The notes under the pieces were generated by a model that was not told the DNA's origin, ran no database searches, and was given only the letters and a program-made list of their open reading frames with translations. A DNA stretch of 64,000 nucleotides from assembly GCA_001244265.2 (NCBI GenBank), contig CDLV01000014.1, forward strand, positions 930,001-994,000, given 5' to 3'. Position numbers and translations under genes: made by a program. Within the stretch, counting starts at the first letter, position 1, and every line of letters starts with the position of its first letter. This DNA comes from Microbotryum violaceum. Lineage: Eukaryota. Below, piece after piece: positions 37,150 through 51,086 of the stretch.

Positions 37150-40100
37150 ATGGCACCATCCTCCACCGGATCGGGCGATGCGACTCGCAACCTGGTCTCG
37201 CTCCTCAATGGTTCCAACAACTCCTCGGGAGCGGCGGGGGCGACCCAAAGCTCGGTCAGCGCAATGTCAATTCTTTCCTCCGACACCGTCTCGTCCAAAT
37301 TGACCCAACGCTACAAGTCTGAATTGACCTCGAGTTTTGTCGGTGATACGAACCTCGTCGTCATCAACCCTCTTCGCGTGCTCGGGGATGTCAGTGAGGC
37401 GAGCAAAGCCGAGTACGAGGCGAGGTGCTATCTCGTTCGGGAGGGGAAGGGGGGCGGGGATGTCCAGCCTCATGTCTACGAACTAGCTTGTCGAACGTAT
37501 CTGATGATGAGACGAACCGGGATTACTCAGAGCGTTGTCTTTAGGTACGTCGCTGGGGCCCTCGGGCGAAGTTTCTACTCTTCTCTCTGATTCAGACAAG
37601 TAGCTAACCCTTTTGGAAGTACACAGTGGCTTGACTGGGTCAGGAGCTACATCGCAATCGAAGCTGTTCACTTCGCAAATCCTTCGACTAGCATCGTCCG
37701 GAAACAAGAAGGAAACCCGGATCGTCGATCAGGTCGAGGCCGTGTCGTGTTTGCTCAACTCGTTCGGCTCGGCCAAGACCTCGCTCAACCCTTCTTCTTC
37801 CCGTCATGCTACGTTCTTTGAGATGCACTTTAATCGTCTGGGTCGCATCTCAGGCGCCAAGCTCGTAACGTGGGGTCTGGACAAAGGCCGGGTCAGGCGC
37901 CTTGATCGAGACGAGCGCACCTTCAACGTTTTCTACCAGTTGCTCGCCGGAGCGACCCCGGAGGAAAGACAGGAGCTGGCTCTCTTGACAAACCCGATGG
38001 ACTACAAGCTGCTCGCTTCTTCAGGAACATCACGCCTACCTCCAACCACACCCAACTCGGACGACTCGATAGCTTGCGAAGACCTGCGGCTGGCATTCAA
38101 AGCGCTCGGGTTCAAGCCTCGACACATCTCGGCCATCTTCCGCCTCGTTGCCGCCATTCTCACACTAAGCAATCTCGAATTCGCCGATCCCGTCGAGGGG
38201 CAGTCTAGGGGTTCGTCAGAGTCGGCATGGGTCACCAACCGGATCGTGCTCGATCATGCTGCGGAGCTCCTGGGCATCACCTCGGAGGATTTGGAGCGAG
38301 CCTTGACAAATCGAGTCCGATGGGTAAGGAAGGAGATGGTCGCGGTCATCCTCCGTGCCGAAGGGGCGGGCGAGCAACGCGACTCGCTCATGTCGGCGTT
38401 GTATTCGATTTTGTTCGCCTTCATCGTCGAGACGGTGAACCACAAATTGTTCCCTGGCGACGAGGCGATTGTCACGTTGCAAGCGCAGGGTGGTTCTTCG
38501 ATCGTCCAACTCGACCAACCGGGACATGCATCTAAGTCGCAGAGCCGACCGGGGTCGGGGATCTTAATCCGCGCGATGAATGGCTACGAGGAGTTCATCA
38601 ACAACTATGCCGCGGAGTTGACGCGATTCTGGCTGTGCGAGTATGAGTTCGATGGCGACGCTGGGATTGCCGCTCGAGCGCAGGAGGACGGAGTACGTGT
38701 TGCGGACGTCGTGCCACCGGACGCTTCGGCACGGATCGAGCTCCTACGAGGTGGGCGAGTTGGAGGCAAGGCCGACAAGAAACCCGGAGGATTGTTGGGC
38801 GGACTCGCCAAGGTCTGCGGCAGCATTCGAAAAGGCGCTTTGGCCGAGGAAGCCGATCAGGAGTTGCTCAAGGGGTTGAAGTCACATTTTGGTGCCCACA
38901 CGGCGTTCGTTGCGAGCCCAAGTGGACCTAGCGCCAAGTCGGCCTTTGGGATTGTGCACTTCGGAGGTATCGTCACCTACAGCGCGACGGGCTTTGCGGA
39001 GCGAGATCTCGACCTTCTGGACCCCGAGTTCGTGTCGATATTGCGCACGAGCAGTGATGGATTCATCGGCAAGCTCTTCTCTGGCCCCACTCTGGCTGCG
39101 GAGTTTCACCCCCTGGACGAGAATATCATCGTCGCGGCTCAGGTCTCGTCGGCTCCAATGCGGCAACCGTCTCCCATCCGACCCTCGCCGGCCTTCGCGC
39201 CCGAGACGAGCGACCTGCTGGCACCGCTGCTCGACCCTGTCGAGATCCGACCCATAAGCTCTCAAATCAATGCCACCTTGTCGCAATTGCTGGCGTTGAT
39301 CGAGCGCACCCACGTCTGGTCTGTCATCTGCCTTCGACCGAACGACTCCTGCTTGCCGAATCGCTTCGACCCTCAACAGCTGCGGTCCCAAGTCACGCAA
39401 TTACTATTGCCCGAGCTCATAGCTCGCAAGCAAATTGATTTCGTTCAAGACATTGACTACGACGCGTTTGCCGATCGTCATCGTGTAGCCAGCGCCAAGG
39501 AGGCCATTCGCGTCTACTTGAACAACTTTGAGCTGTTTGAAGGCGTCGACTACGCCCTGGGACATGCGCGGGTATGGCTGTCATACAAGGCCTTCCGTGC
39601 CGTCGAGGATCATCTGCGGACTCGCGAACCACTGGATCACCGCGCTGCGATCGCTGCGGGTCAACCCGTTGTCACTTCGCTGGAACGGCGCCGCGGCAGT
39701 AAGTTGCCGGTGCTGAATCGCTCGACGTCTCACATTCCGCCGGGGGTTGAGGACGATGAATGGGAGCCAGCTCCTCCGAACCAGCCTTTCGCTTCGACTT
39801 ACGATAACGCTGCGCGCGATAGCGTCGAAGATCTCGTGCAGCAACAGCAACAGCGCCTTAACGCCGGTGCAAACCCTAACTCGACCCCTGGCTCGCCGGA
39901 CCCGATGCCAGGGACGCTACCGCGAAGGCATGCGTTCGGTTACGACGACTCAATGTCGCCGATGCCTTATGTCCATCCGACATCGATGCAGTCTGACGTC
40001 TGGGGAGAGAAGGAAGGATTTTCTCGTGCGGTTTTCGGGGGCCATAGCAAGGGTTTCGGTGTAGGAGCCGGGCAGGGACAGCCGCACAAGGAGGGTGCGC

Positions 40101-43100
40101 TCGATCAGAATGGCGACGAGCAACAAGGCGCGACGGTGGAAGAGGTGCCGTCGAGTAAGGCTCGACGAGCATGGGTCTTCATTGTCACGCTCTTGACTTG
40201 GTGGATCCCCGATCTCAGTTTGAAATACCTGGGTCGGATGAAACGACCGGACGTCAGGATGGCATGGCGAGAGAAGGTAGGTCCTACTGGTCGCTCTCCG
40301 AAGCTGCCTGATGGGATGCAAGCTAACGCTAACCGTTCTACAGGTGGCTTTGTGCTTACTCATCGGCTTCTTCTGCGGCATCGTCATCTTTTACATCGTC
40401 ATTTTCGGCAACCTCTTGTGCCCAAATATGAACAAGGCTTGGAACGAGAAGGAGTTGGGGTACCACGCCGGTACGACCGATTACTGGGTTGGCGTGCGCG
40501 GCGTGGTCTATGATTTGACTGCATTTTATCGGACACAGTGAGCAAAAACCGAAAGCGAGACTTAATTTTCGACTTAACTCTCATCCGAGTTTCGTTCCCA
40601 ATCAGACACTCGGATATCTCGTCGTCGCCCGTCACATCGTCGGACATGCTCGAACTGGGTGGCCAGGACTTGACCAACTACTTCCCCATCCCCTTGACGC
40701 TCGCTTGCCCTTCGCTTGTGAGTTCGACCTCCCTCGTCCTCCAATACGCCAACTTCACCGCGGACCTCCCGACTGCAATCCACTACACGGGCACGCAACA
40801 GTCGGTCAGCTCCTCCGCCCTCTACAGCGTCGACTGGTACAGCGAGACCTTCATTCCCAAGATGAACAAGTACAAGAAGGGTCCGCTCGTCTGGTCTAAG
40901 AAACAGATCAACCAGCAGGTGAACTCTGAAACGCGATATGTAGCCATTGTCAATTCGAGCGTGTACGATTTGACCGACTACTTTTACACCATCACGACAC
41001 TCAACGACGATACGTACAAATTCCTCAACACGGATTTGACGGCTCTATGGCAAGCCCAAGCGGGAAGCGACATCACGAGTGCGATTAAGGAATTGAACTT
41101 GGATGCGACCACGCTCGCAATCAACATGGATTGCATGCGCTCGCTCTTCTACACGGGAGAAACCGACTTTCGCCTCACACCGCGGTGTCAAGTACAACCC
41201 AACATGCTGCTCGCCTTCTCGGTCCTCCTCATGGCAACCATCGTCGCCAAGTTCATTGCTGCGCTCCAGTTTGGCTCAAAGCGCATGCCCGAGCTGCGTG
41301 ACAAGTTCGTCATCTGCCAGGTTCCCTGCTATACCGAGGGTGAAGAATCGCTGCGAAAGACGATCGACTCACTCGCGACGCTGACCTACGATGACAAGCG
41401 CAAGCTCCTCATGATAATCTGCGATGGTATGATCATCGGTTCTGGCAACGACCGAGCGACCCCCCGCATTGTTCTCGACATCTTAGGGGTCGACCAAGAT
41501 GTCGATCCCGAGCCTCTCATGTTCAAGTCGATCGCCGAAGGATCAAAGCAGCTCAACTACGGCAAGGTGTGGTCCGGACTGTACGAGATCGACGGCCATG
41601 TCGTTCCTTACGTCGTCATCGCCAAAGTCGGTCGACCTGCAGAACGATCACGTCCTGGTAACCGGGGAAAGCGAGATTCGCAGATCCTGTCGATGAGGTT
41701 CCTCAACCGCGTGCACTTTGACAGCGAGATGTACCCTCTCGAACTCGAGATGTATCACCAGATTAAGAACGTTATTGGTGTGGACCCTCAGCTATACGAA
41801 GTAAGCGCTTCGGCGTTTCATTCTGTTGTGACACAGCGCTTACGTTTAGTCTCGTCCTCAGTACTTGCTCGTAATTGATGCCGACACCAACGTCGTTGCT
41901 GACTCGCTCAATCGACTCGTTTCGGCCGCTGCGGACGACTCGAAGATCATCGGTATCTGCGGTGAGACCAAACTTGAGAACGAGCAAGACTCGTGGTGGA
42001 CCATGATTCAAGGTGAGGTACAGACGAGGGCGCTTCGTGACTCGGAGGGTCTCACCACTGACTCCGGTCATCTCGTCTGGGCACAGTCTACGAATACTAC
42101 ATCTCCCATCACTTGGCAAAGGCCTTCGAAAGCATGTTTGGTTCTGTTACATGCTTGCCCGGTTGTTTCACCATGTACCGTCTTCGCTCGGCCGACAAGG
42201 GCAAACCCTTGCTGGTCAGCTCGCTCATCATTGATGAATACTCCGAAGGCACGCTCGACACGTTGCACAAGAAGAACTTGCTCGCGCTCGGTGAAGATCG
42301 TTACCTCACCACGCTCATCCTAAAGCACTTTCCCATGTTCAAGACCAAGTTCTTGGGCGAAGCGCAAGCCATGACAGTCGCTCCCCATTCTTGGACCATC
42401 CTCCTGTCTCAACGTCGTCGTTGGATCAACTCGACCGTGCACAACCTCGTCGAACTCATCTACCTCCCCAACATGTGCGGGTTCTGCTGCTTCGGCATGC
42501 GCTTCTTCGTCATGATCGATCTGATTGGAACTCTCATTCTTCCCGCGACGTTCGTCTACTTGGTCTACCTCATCGTCGAAGTATCACTCGGAGACACCCA
42601 AGTTCCCGTCATCGCGTTGGCGATGGTCGGTGCAGTAAGTGGGCATATCCGGGCACTTGATAACTTGTCGATTTTACTGACGAGCTGTTCTACACCCACA
42701 GACTTACGGTCTCCAGGCGGTCATCTTCCTTTTCAAGCGCCAGTGGCAGTTCATTGGCTGGCTCGTGATCTACATTGTGAGTGCCTACGGTGTCTGCCGG
42801 GTCCGGCACTTGAGGCTGACGGTGCCCCCAATATAAACGCGCAGCTCGCCTACCCAATCTACTCCTTCATCTTGCCGATCTACAGTTTCTGGAGATTCGA
42901 CGAGTGAGTCAACCCGCCCGATAAAGGCCCCATACATTGCTATGCTGAAGTCAATATCCTCAACACTCTACAGCTTCACCTGGGGTAATACGCGTGTGGT
43001 CGTCGGTGAAGGCAAGTCCAAGAAGGTCGTGCAAGCCGAGGAGGAAGCGTTCGATGAATCAAGTATTCCCATGGCGCGCTTCTCGGAGTATGAAGCTCGA

Positions 43101-43935
43101 ATGGAAGAAGAGCAACACTACGACGAAGACACCAAGTCGCACTACACGCACTCCATCGCCGGCTTCTCCATGGCGACCAAACTCGGTCCACCCGCAACTC
43201 GAGCTGGCTCGTACGCGGGAGGGACGGACTACTATCGCGATACCCTGCATTCTCGCCGCGGGTCCAAGGCGGCTTTCAGCCAGTTCGGTGGTGGACAACC
43301 CGGTGAAGTTGGTTCTGTCCTCGGTGTCATGCCCTCGAGACCGTCATCGCAGTTCTTCGGGGCCGCTGGCAGCACACTCGGAATGGGGGCTCCTTCCGGC
43401 CCGTTCATGGGTAGTCCCTCGCAGATGCCGTTCTACCAAGGTCCTCACATGTCGGTACCATCCTTTGGATCGACGTTCCCAGGGCTTCCTGCAATGCCTT
43501 CCCAGATGACGATGAACCCTCCTCACGCCATGGTGTACGACTCGAAGCCCCAGCAGCCCCTGTCGAGTCTGCCGCGACGACAGTCGGACATGTCAGCGCT
43601 GACTTTCAGTACCTTTCCTGCCTCGACGGGCGTTTACGGCGTGACCCGCCCCCTGACTGGACCGCAAGTCAGTCAGTCGACGAGTCCGTCAGACGAGGAG
43701 CTCGTGTCAACTCTCAAGTAAGTTCCTTAATCACATGAACCGTTCAGAATCACAAGAGACTGACCTTTGATGTGCGATCTCTCACAGAGCCTACCTCGCC
43801 TCGCAAGATCTGATGAAGGTGACCAAACGCACCGCACGAGAAGGACTGCAAGCGTTTTACCCACAAACCCAACTCGGTCCCCGCAAGGATGCGATCAACA
43901 TCATGATCGATGGTGTTCTTGCCGGCAAGATGTAG
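37150..43935 (+). CDS. chitin synthase with myosin motor-like domain (class V/VII), cyt-b5 domains and DEK_C
   Basis: Myosin-like head ([13 protein letters not shown]), [61 protein letters not shown]-terminal [13 protein letters not shown]. Confidence 0.95.
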
Positions 43936-44449
43936 CTTCGACATAGTGATGCCTCGCAGGCATGCCTCTGGTTACGGGGGGCTAGAAAAGCTCCTTTTGT
44001 ATCCCTTCCCGCTTTCAATTCTCGCTATTTTGACGCATTAGGCGTTCCCTATTTATGACGACACTGTTGACTTTTCATGTGCGCGCTACGACGCACCCAC
44101 GGACCATTTATGCATTCGCGATTCATCACATTCACTCGTTTGTTGTTGGTGGGCTCCTGTAGACAGAGAGCATGGGAGCAGGTTCACTCATTACACGAAG
44201 CGAAACGATGACTCGCTTCGAAAAGATGGGGTGGTGCAGGGGGTGCAAAATGATGACAAAATACAACTGCTATAAAACTTGAATCCAAGAGGACGTCGTG
44301 ATGCGTTCATGCGTGACTTGCGGAACGGGGTAAGAAGGCAACAGTGCTAAATCCAAGGGATGAAATGGTTGCTCGTGGCTCGTTCGATTTTGTGGTGAGG
44401 GTCGTGAACTATTGCCGGGCTGTTAGGCGAGGGCATAATGGGATATTAC

Positions 44450-46443
44450 CTAGCCAATGACAGCGGAGATCCGGAATTCATGTGACCCCGTTCCGGTCTC
44501 TTCATCGATCTCCACGAACATTTGCCGATTGCCGTTTCGTTCCGTACGCACGTCGTGTCGACTGCACAACCCGCGGGCTGTCATCAGTACAGGACCACAC
44601 AATGGAAAACCGCGATCTAATCAGTCCGCTTACACGGGCGAGTTGATCGGAAGTCCCCAATCACCCCAAATGATGCCAGCCCGATCCTTCTCCCCATCAA
44701 GCCAAAACCGTGCCCGGCCAAATTTGACCGCGTAACTGCGCCAATACATGATACTCGCGACCCCTTGCGTTACTTTAATGTTGAACACTATCCAATCGCC
44801 GGCGTTGTATCCGACGAGGTACTCCTTGGACTTCCAATGGCTCAGTTCGAAACCGTGATTTTCGGCGATGGGAAAATGCGTTGGCCCTGGCGCGGCGCTG
44901 TAGCATGTGAGCTGGGTCGTCGGTTCGATAGGTCGATCGTCCGCTCCTTGGTATGTCGACCACTACGAAAGATTAAGAGTTGAGTCGTCAGTCGCGAGGT
45001 TCAGAATGAGTACCGTTTGTAGCCCTATGGCGGTCCGGGTTTAAGCGACTCACGGGTGAGATCTGTCCCGGCACGGAAGCTGGGAGGGTGAGGTTTGAGG
45101 TGCCAGGGACAAGGACGGGAGGCAGGCACGCTTGCTCGCGTAAATAAGACACGATCAGGTCACTGGTGAGTTCGTGGCCCAGGGGGCCTGGGTGATGCCC
45201 TCCTGGCCAAGACGGGTGATCGAAATCGCCGCCCAGTGAGAACCATGGGCGGACCTTCTCGATCTGAGGGTTAAGGTGTCGTTGCTGAACTACGACATTC
45301 CGGTGGCTGAGCATATGCATAAGATGGGGAATATATCAGCCATCCAGACGCAAATACGAGGATTGCGCTGATGGCCACTTACGAGATGACCGGAAGATCG
45401 TAGTATTCTGCAACATTCTCGATGCTCGGTGCGCCGTTCGTGTAGGCATGCAGTGGGGAGTACATGTTCAGGATCAAGAGGGAGGGTTTCCATTTGTGGC
45501 TCAAGAGTGTGCGCACGAGCACATCAAAGTCGTTGTTTTCCTTGCCTCGGGCCTCGTCGTTGACGGCCAGCTCGAGGATGAAGAGATCGATGGGCAGGGA
45601 GAAGCTCATGTGCCAACACGAGGCGAAGAAGTCGCTGCCGACCGCTGATACACCGCCGTTGACGATCTGCAAGGTCATGCCAGGTTAGTACCAATTCACT
45701 TCCCATTCTCCGCCGAGCCACTACGCCCGGGGCGGTCCCGGTCACGCAGATTCGCAAGAACGTACCTCTACATCGACCCCCCAGTCCTTCTGCAGTTGCT
45801 TGCCTAAAACCTCGTGGTAGCACTTTCCGGGTTCTGCGTCGATGCAGGCGGATATGCTGCCGCCGATGATGCCGATGCGTACGCCCTGGCCTCGAAGGAC
45901 CTTTTCAAGAAAGGGAGCCATTTGTTCGCCCGAGCCTTGGTAGCCCCTGGCCCTGGTCAGGACACGGCTGCCCCACTTCTGGCAGAGGTCGTCGGTCGGG
46001 CTGCATACGTGACATTTGTCATTTGCGGCATAGTGAACCCGCGATGCATACGGCCCTGGACGCTGATGAAACAGTGCTAGGTAGAAGAGTGTGAACAGCA
46101 GCAAGGCTGAGGTGGAGGCCAGTGCGATCTGTGGAACCCGGATCGTCGCAGACGGGGACATGGGGTGCATTGGGTCAGCCATGCCATCGCGCCGAGGCCA
46201 TAAACGAGGTACCCAAGACCACCACGAGCTGACCTGTGTGGTTCTGGAGAGCTCCTTCCACAGGCCGCTCGCCTGTGACCGCGCCTGGTCGAGCAGGTCT
46301 GCGTAGTGCTGCAGCTGCTGGCGCCGGCTGCGGGATGACGACGAAGCGCCATCGAGCGACGACTCTGGTCCGTACTCGGACGGATCCTCAGCGACCAAGG
46401 ACGCCTCCATCATCTCTTGCTCGGCTCTCGTCCCCATCATCAT
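44450..46443 (-). CDS. Cap64/Cas3-like SGNH-hydrolase membrane protein
   Basis: TM segment, then GIIGGSISAC, NGGVSAVGSDFFASC, DLFILELAVND, AEYYDLPVIS, HHPGPLGHEL. Exons splice in frame. Confidence 0.75.
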
Positions 46444-48175
46444 GCTGCTGTCGATCCGCTGTAGCGCTGTTCCGGTGGTGGGCGTAGGCCGTAGGGAGGC
46501 AGCCAAGGAGGTCGCGGATGGGGTCCGGCGCCGTTCGTTCAGCACGACCACTGCACGACCCAACGCCCAGCCAACCAGAGCCAACCGCCGCGCTTCGCGC
46601 GATGCGGGGGCGGCCGGCTGCGCTCCGTCCACGCGTTCACAAAGGGTTCAGCCTGGAGGTCCAGGGAGATCCGGGGTAAACTTACAAACCCGTACGGAAG
46701 GCTGCTCGGGGGCCCACCGGTACTGTCTACGACAAAAAAGAACTATGGACAAAAAGAAACGCGCACCTATTGCTTCCGCCAGGTCTAGACAAAACAAAAC
46801 AAAACAAAAAGCACAAGTGTCCCAGACGCATGAGCCGGGGGCCCAGCCGAGCCTCAGAGAGACCTTTGAGTGAGTGATCATCGAGCTCAAGGAGGCAGAG
46901 TACTCACTGTAAACGATTCCCTGCACGATCCACCCAGTATTAAAAGAAGGTCGAGATATGACCTGGTGAGGAAAACAACAGAGTAATGCAAAAGAGTCAG
47001 CACGATGAATCATGGTGATGCATGATGATGGAGCGAGCCTGGTCGAGTCCGAGTCCGAGGCCGTCGTCGAGGCCGAGGGAGTGAACCCCCCCTGTGCGAC
47101 CGACTGACGAGCGAGAGGTGAACGTCGCACGAGCTGACTCACCATACTTCGACATCTTGTGAGCTTCACCGGCAATGAACCCCCTCCAATACTAACATCC
47201 ACAACAGACGCCCCACAACCCATCACTCCCTCTCCCATGTCTGTAGCACAAGTCCGAGAGTGGCAAACGGGTCAGTCGCCGCGCGCTCGGAAGGCTGAAT
47301 CAAGGTCGAGCACCCACCTTCCCCCCACAAAAGTCGGATTGCGTTTCGAAAAAGCCTCCTCACCAGCTCGGAGCAAAGCCATGCTTGGAGGAGGGGCGAA
47401 ATCAATCTAGTGCAGATGAGCAAACATATGGTAGTGTCAGTTCATCAGGATTGCCCACGTCGCAAGGTGATCGCCGCCAGGCCAAGTTGACCTCCTCTTG
47501 TGCGACCGCCTCCCGACCGTGCGACCGCACGCAGCAACGTCGCACGACAAGCCGACTCACCGTCCCGGAGCAGTAGGTCGAAAGTGCGTGGTCGAACATG
47601 ATGTCCTCAGGAACGAAGATGAAAGCCCTTCATGGGGCTGTGGAAGGTGAGGATGATCATGAGGGGCGGTGCGAGTCAGCACGAGCCCGAAAGTCACGGC
47701 CGTCCCACCCGAACGACAACGATCGAGCAAGCAAGGGGTGAAGTGGTGATAAGGGAAGTACTCACGGATCGGGTGGGATACGGTGTGGTTAAACCTCCAC
47801 GCTGGTCGAGGTGTGCCGGACCCGAATGAGGCACAGCTCGCCACGTTTGCTAGGCCCACGTTGCAGAGCCAGTGCCGATGAACAGAAAAGAAGGAACGAG
47901 AGAGAGGTGGGCGCACCGCGGCGGCTCGATCGCTTGGCGTTGCTCCTGACCCAGTTTCGGTTCGACTCCGACAGCCCGCATCGCTGGGCCCCCGCAGAGA
48001 CCACCGCATATGGGATATGAAATGACTGGTGAATACAACGAGGTACTAGTGGAGAAGGAAACACAGAAGACCGAGTACAGCCCCTTTCCAATCTACATGG
48101 TTGGTAACTAATGCTGGTGAAAGTACATCCCCTTCCAAAACTAAATCTAGCGACGCGAGCTCCTGTGATTGCTCT

Positions 48176-50315
48176 TCACAAGCCAACAGCGATCTGCGAC
48201 CCACTCACGCGACCCAACTTGGTGACATACGTCTCGAGCTGCTCCGAGAACCTGAAAAAGTAGGTCAAGTCCTTTTGCTCAAAGTTCCGCGTCGCGTCCT
48301 TGCTATAACCCGACAAGACGTAACCGGTGAGTCGGACTTCCAGCACGGGGATGAGGATACCTCCACTGTAGCCCGGTCCAGCTTCTTCGGGCGAGTAGCG
48401 AGGTTTGAGTATAGCAGGCCACCTTCGGGGGCACGCAGGGCCTTGAGGTGCAATGCAGGATCCAAGGTGGGTGGGGGCGAAGGCATTCCGCATGCGGACA
48501 GGACGCGCAGCGCAGAATGCGTGTTGGTGCCCGAGTTGAGCGCCGCCACGTCGAGTGAGACCAAATACACGAGGTCGAGCGCCAGGGCCTTGGCGAGCAT
48601 ACGATTCGCTTGGTCAAAGACCTTATGCAGGTCCTTGGGCACGGCAGTGACGGGATCTTTGCTCGTCACGGCAAGCGAGAGCGTGTTGAAGCCGGACGGA
48701 CGGCGAGCGACGGGGCGGTCCGACGTGAATGAAGACATGCTAGAGGACGAGTCGGATCCCTTGCGAGCGTGTTCCTGAGTGTATCCGTGGTTGCGCGACC
48801 CCTTGAGCGAATCGGGAGGTGTAAGCGGTAGCGAGACCTGGGGTGACCGTTGGAAGACTGCAGTAGGTCGGGGTCGATGCTCGGCACGAGGAGGTCGGGC
48901 TACAAGACGCGCAGGGGCAGCAAGGTGGGCAGGTTCGGCAGGAGCAGGGTTAGGGGCAGAGTTTTCGAAATGTGCTTGCTCGACGGGCATCGACGGTTCA
49001 GCCAATGCGTCCTCGAACGCGATCTCCGACTCAGACTCCGTTTCGACCTGTCGTACGACTGCGGGCTCTCCTGCCTCGGGTTCCGGAGCAGTCTCGACGA
49101 GGTTCTCGGCTTCGGCCGGGGCGGGCATCGTCGCAGTCGATCGCGCAAACGAGCTCTCGAGTCGTTTGAGCTTCATGCCCATTCGCTCATTGACCCACGT
49201 CTCGATGTGCGTCGACGCCTCGACGGCGAGCTTCTGCAGCTCGGTGCGTTCGTTTTCGCTGTAATCGGCGCGAGGTCGATCGTCGACAGCGCAGAGCGTG
49301 CCGATAGCGACGTTTGGTGCATCTGGGTCGCCGAAAGTGGGCGCGAGAAGAGGGACACCGGCATAGAAACGGGCTCCCAGGGCTGACGTCGGGAGCGAGT
49401 TGGCGAACCTAGACGTCGGTGAATGTGTGGGGTCAGCTTCGATCGAAAATGGTGTCGATCCTCTTCGTCTTTGTTAAACTCACTTCCAGTCATTAAGTGA
49501 ATCGAGAACCACCATACCGCGCTCTTCGTTGAGGATCGCATGAGAGCAGAACGTAACGGCACGTGGGAGGGCGCCACCTTGTTCGACAGCTTCAGGCAGA
49601 CCGCCCGTGGCGAGGAAAAGCTGCTGCTCTTCGTCCAGGACGGTGAGCATGCCCACGCGAACGCCGAAGAGCTTTTGGCACTTTTGAACGATGTCGCGGA
49701 ACGCGGGATAGTTTTGGAGCGAAGTGACAGCAGCAGCGCATTCACTCTCGATGTCTGGGGGCATGAAACTCGTCGTAACGGAAGTGACGGAGGTGTTGCC
49801 GTACGAGTGTCGACGGAGCAGCGAGTCCGGGCCGGCGGAAACAGGGAGAGAGCTGGTGACCGAAGTGGAGGTCGATGCCGGCATCGAAATGGCCAGCACC
49901 GACGTGGAGGCGTTCGCTTGCTTGTTCTTGGTTCCGAATAGATCGAGCTTGTCGACAACGGCTTGACGCTCGGACTCGTTGTAGGGCTTGGGGGCCATAT
50001 ACGACTTTGCCTCGAACGGGGTTGGGTCGGCCGCATCCGTGGCCTCGCGCACTGGGGGCAAGGGAGGGTCTTCGATATCGATCTCGTACTGTCAGGTCGA
50101 TAAAACAATGGGAGTCAGAAGCTGAGGACGTATCAGCACGAGCGCCGCCCGGCTGTAAGAAAGCTCAAGCTTACCTTGGCGTATGCTTTTGAGTATTCCT
50201 CCCACGTCTTGGGCAATTCGTTCGCAGGTGTCTTGCTCGAAAGTTTACGCCTGATGACATGGACGATCTTGCGAGATGCGTAGATCACCTGCTCGGCGAT
50301 CTTAACCCTTTTCTT
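48176..50315 (-). pseudogene. GAF-domain protein, frameshifted, 5' end not identifiable
   Basis: LPKTWEEYSKAYA, PYNESERQAVV, LPRAVTFCSHAIL, DWRF..., RFYAGVPL, IGTLCAVDDRPR, LDPALHLKALR. Frame break at ~48402. Confidence 0.75.
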
Positions 50316-50517
50316 CTGTTGCAGAGAAAAAGTCCCCTCCGCGTACGTGGCCGTGAAGGGCTCGGAAATGTCACGCGTGGCGATACGCGAGTTTTTCGCG
50401 GGCGAGTATCGGGATAATCCAACCTTATATATGCAGCCATCGTGTATAAAGAATATTCGGAACACTCATCGTCAATTTCTTCTTTAGATTAGTAGCGAGA
50501 AGAAGCTCGATTAGAAC

Positions 50518-50893
50518 CATCATTACATCATTACATCATTACATCATTACATCATTACATCATTACATCATTACATCATTACATCATTACATCATTACAT
50601 CATTACATCATTACATCATTACATCATTACATCATTACATCATTACATCATTACATCATTACATCATTACATCATTACATCATTACATCATTACATCATT
50701 ACATCATTACATCATTACATCATTACATCATTACATCATTACATCATTACATCATTACATCATTACATCATTACATCATTACATCATTACATCATTACAT
50801 CATTACATCATTACATCATTACATCATTACATCATTACATCATTACATCATTACATCATTACATCATTACATCATTACATCATTACATCATTA
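50518..50893. repeat. perfect (CATCATTA)47 tandem array
   Basis: 376 bp of uninterrupted 8-mer. Confidence 0.97.
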
Positions 50894-51086
50894 GCGGAGG
50901 GGATAAGGTAGCATTGATGGACGTGATTAGGTCACGTGCCGTCTCATCACGCTGGTAGAACGGAGCGAGCCGTAGCGAGCCTGAGCGCGAGTGAGCGACA
51001 GCGTTGCCGCTTGACGCACCGCTATCGATCACAGTCCTGGTCTTACTATTTTCTGTTCCCTTACGCTTTCGGTCGTATATCTTGAT

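Noticed and set aside
50302-50335. piggyBac terminus (TTAA followed by CCC) disrupting the GAF gene
   Set aside because: No partner TIR was found, and the same bases read well as an intron acceptor followed by coding KKRVKIAEQ on the minus strand.
50468-50479. Extra copy of the 11.4-kb motif core (TCGTCAATTTC)
   Set aside because: Only about 11 bp match, too short to claim a relationship.
50518-50893. Telomeric repeat
   Set aside because: The unit is not TTAGGG-like or G-rich, and it is flanked by unique sequence on both sides.
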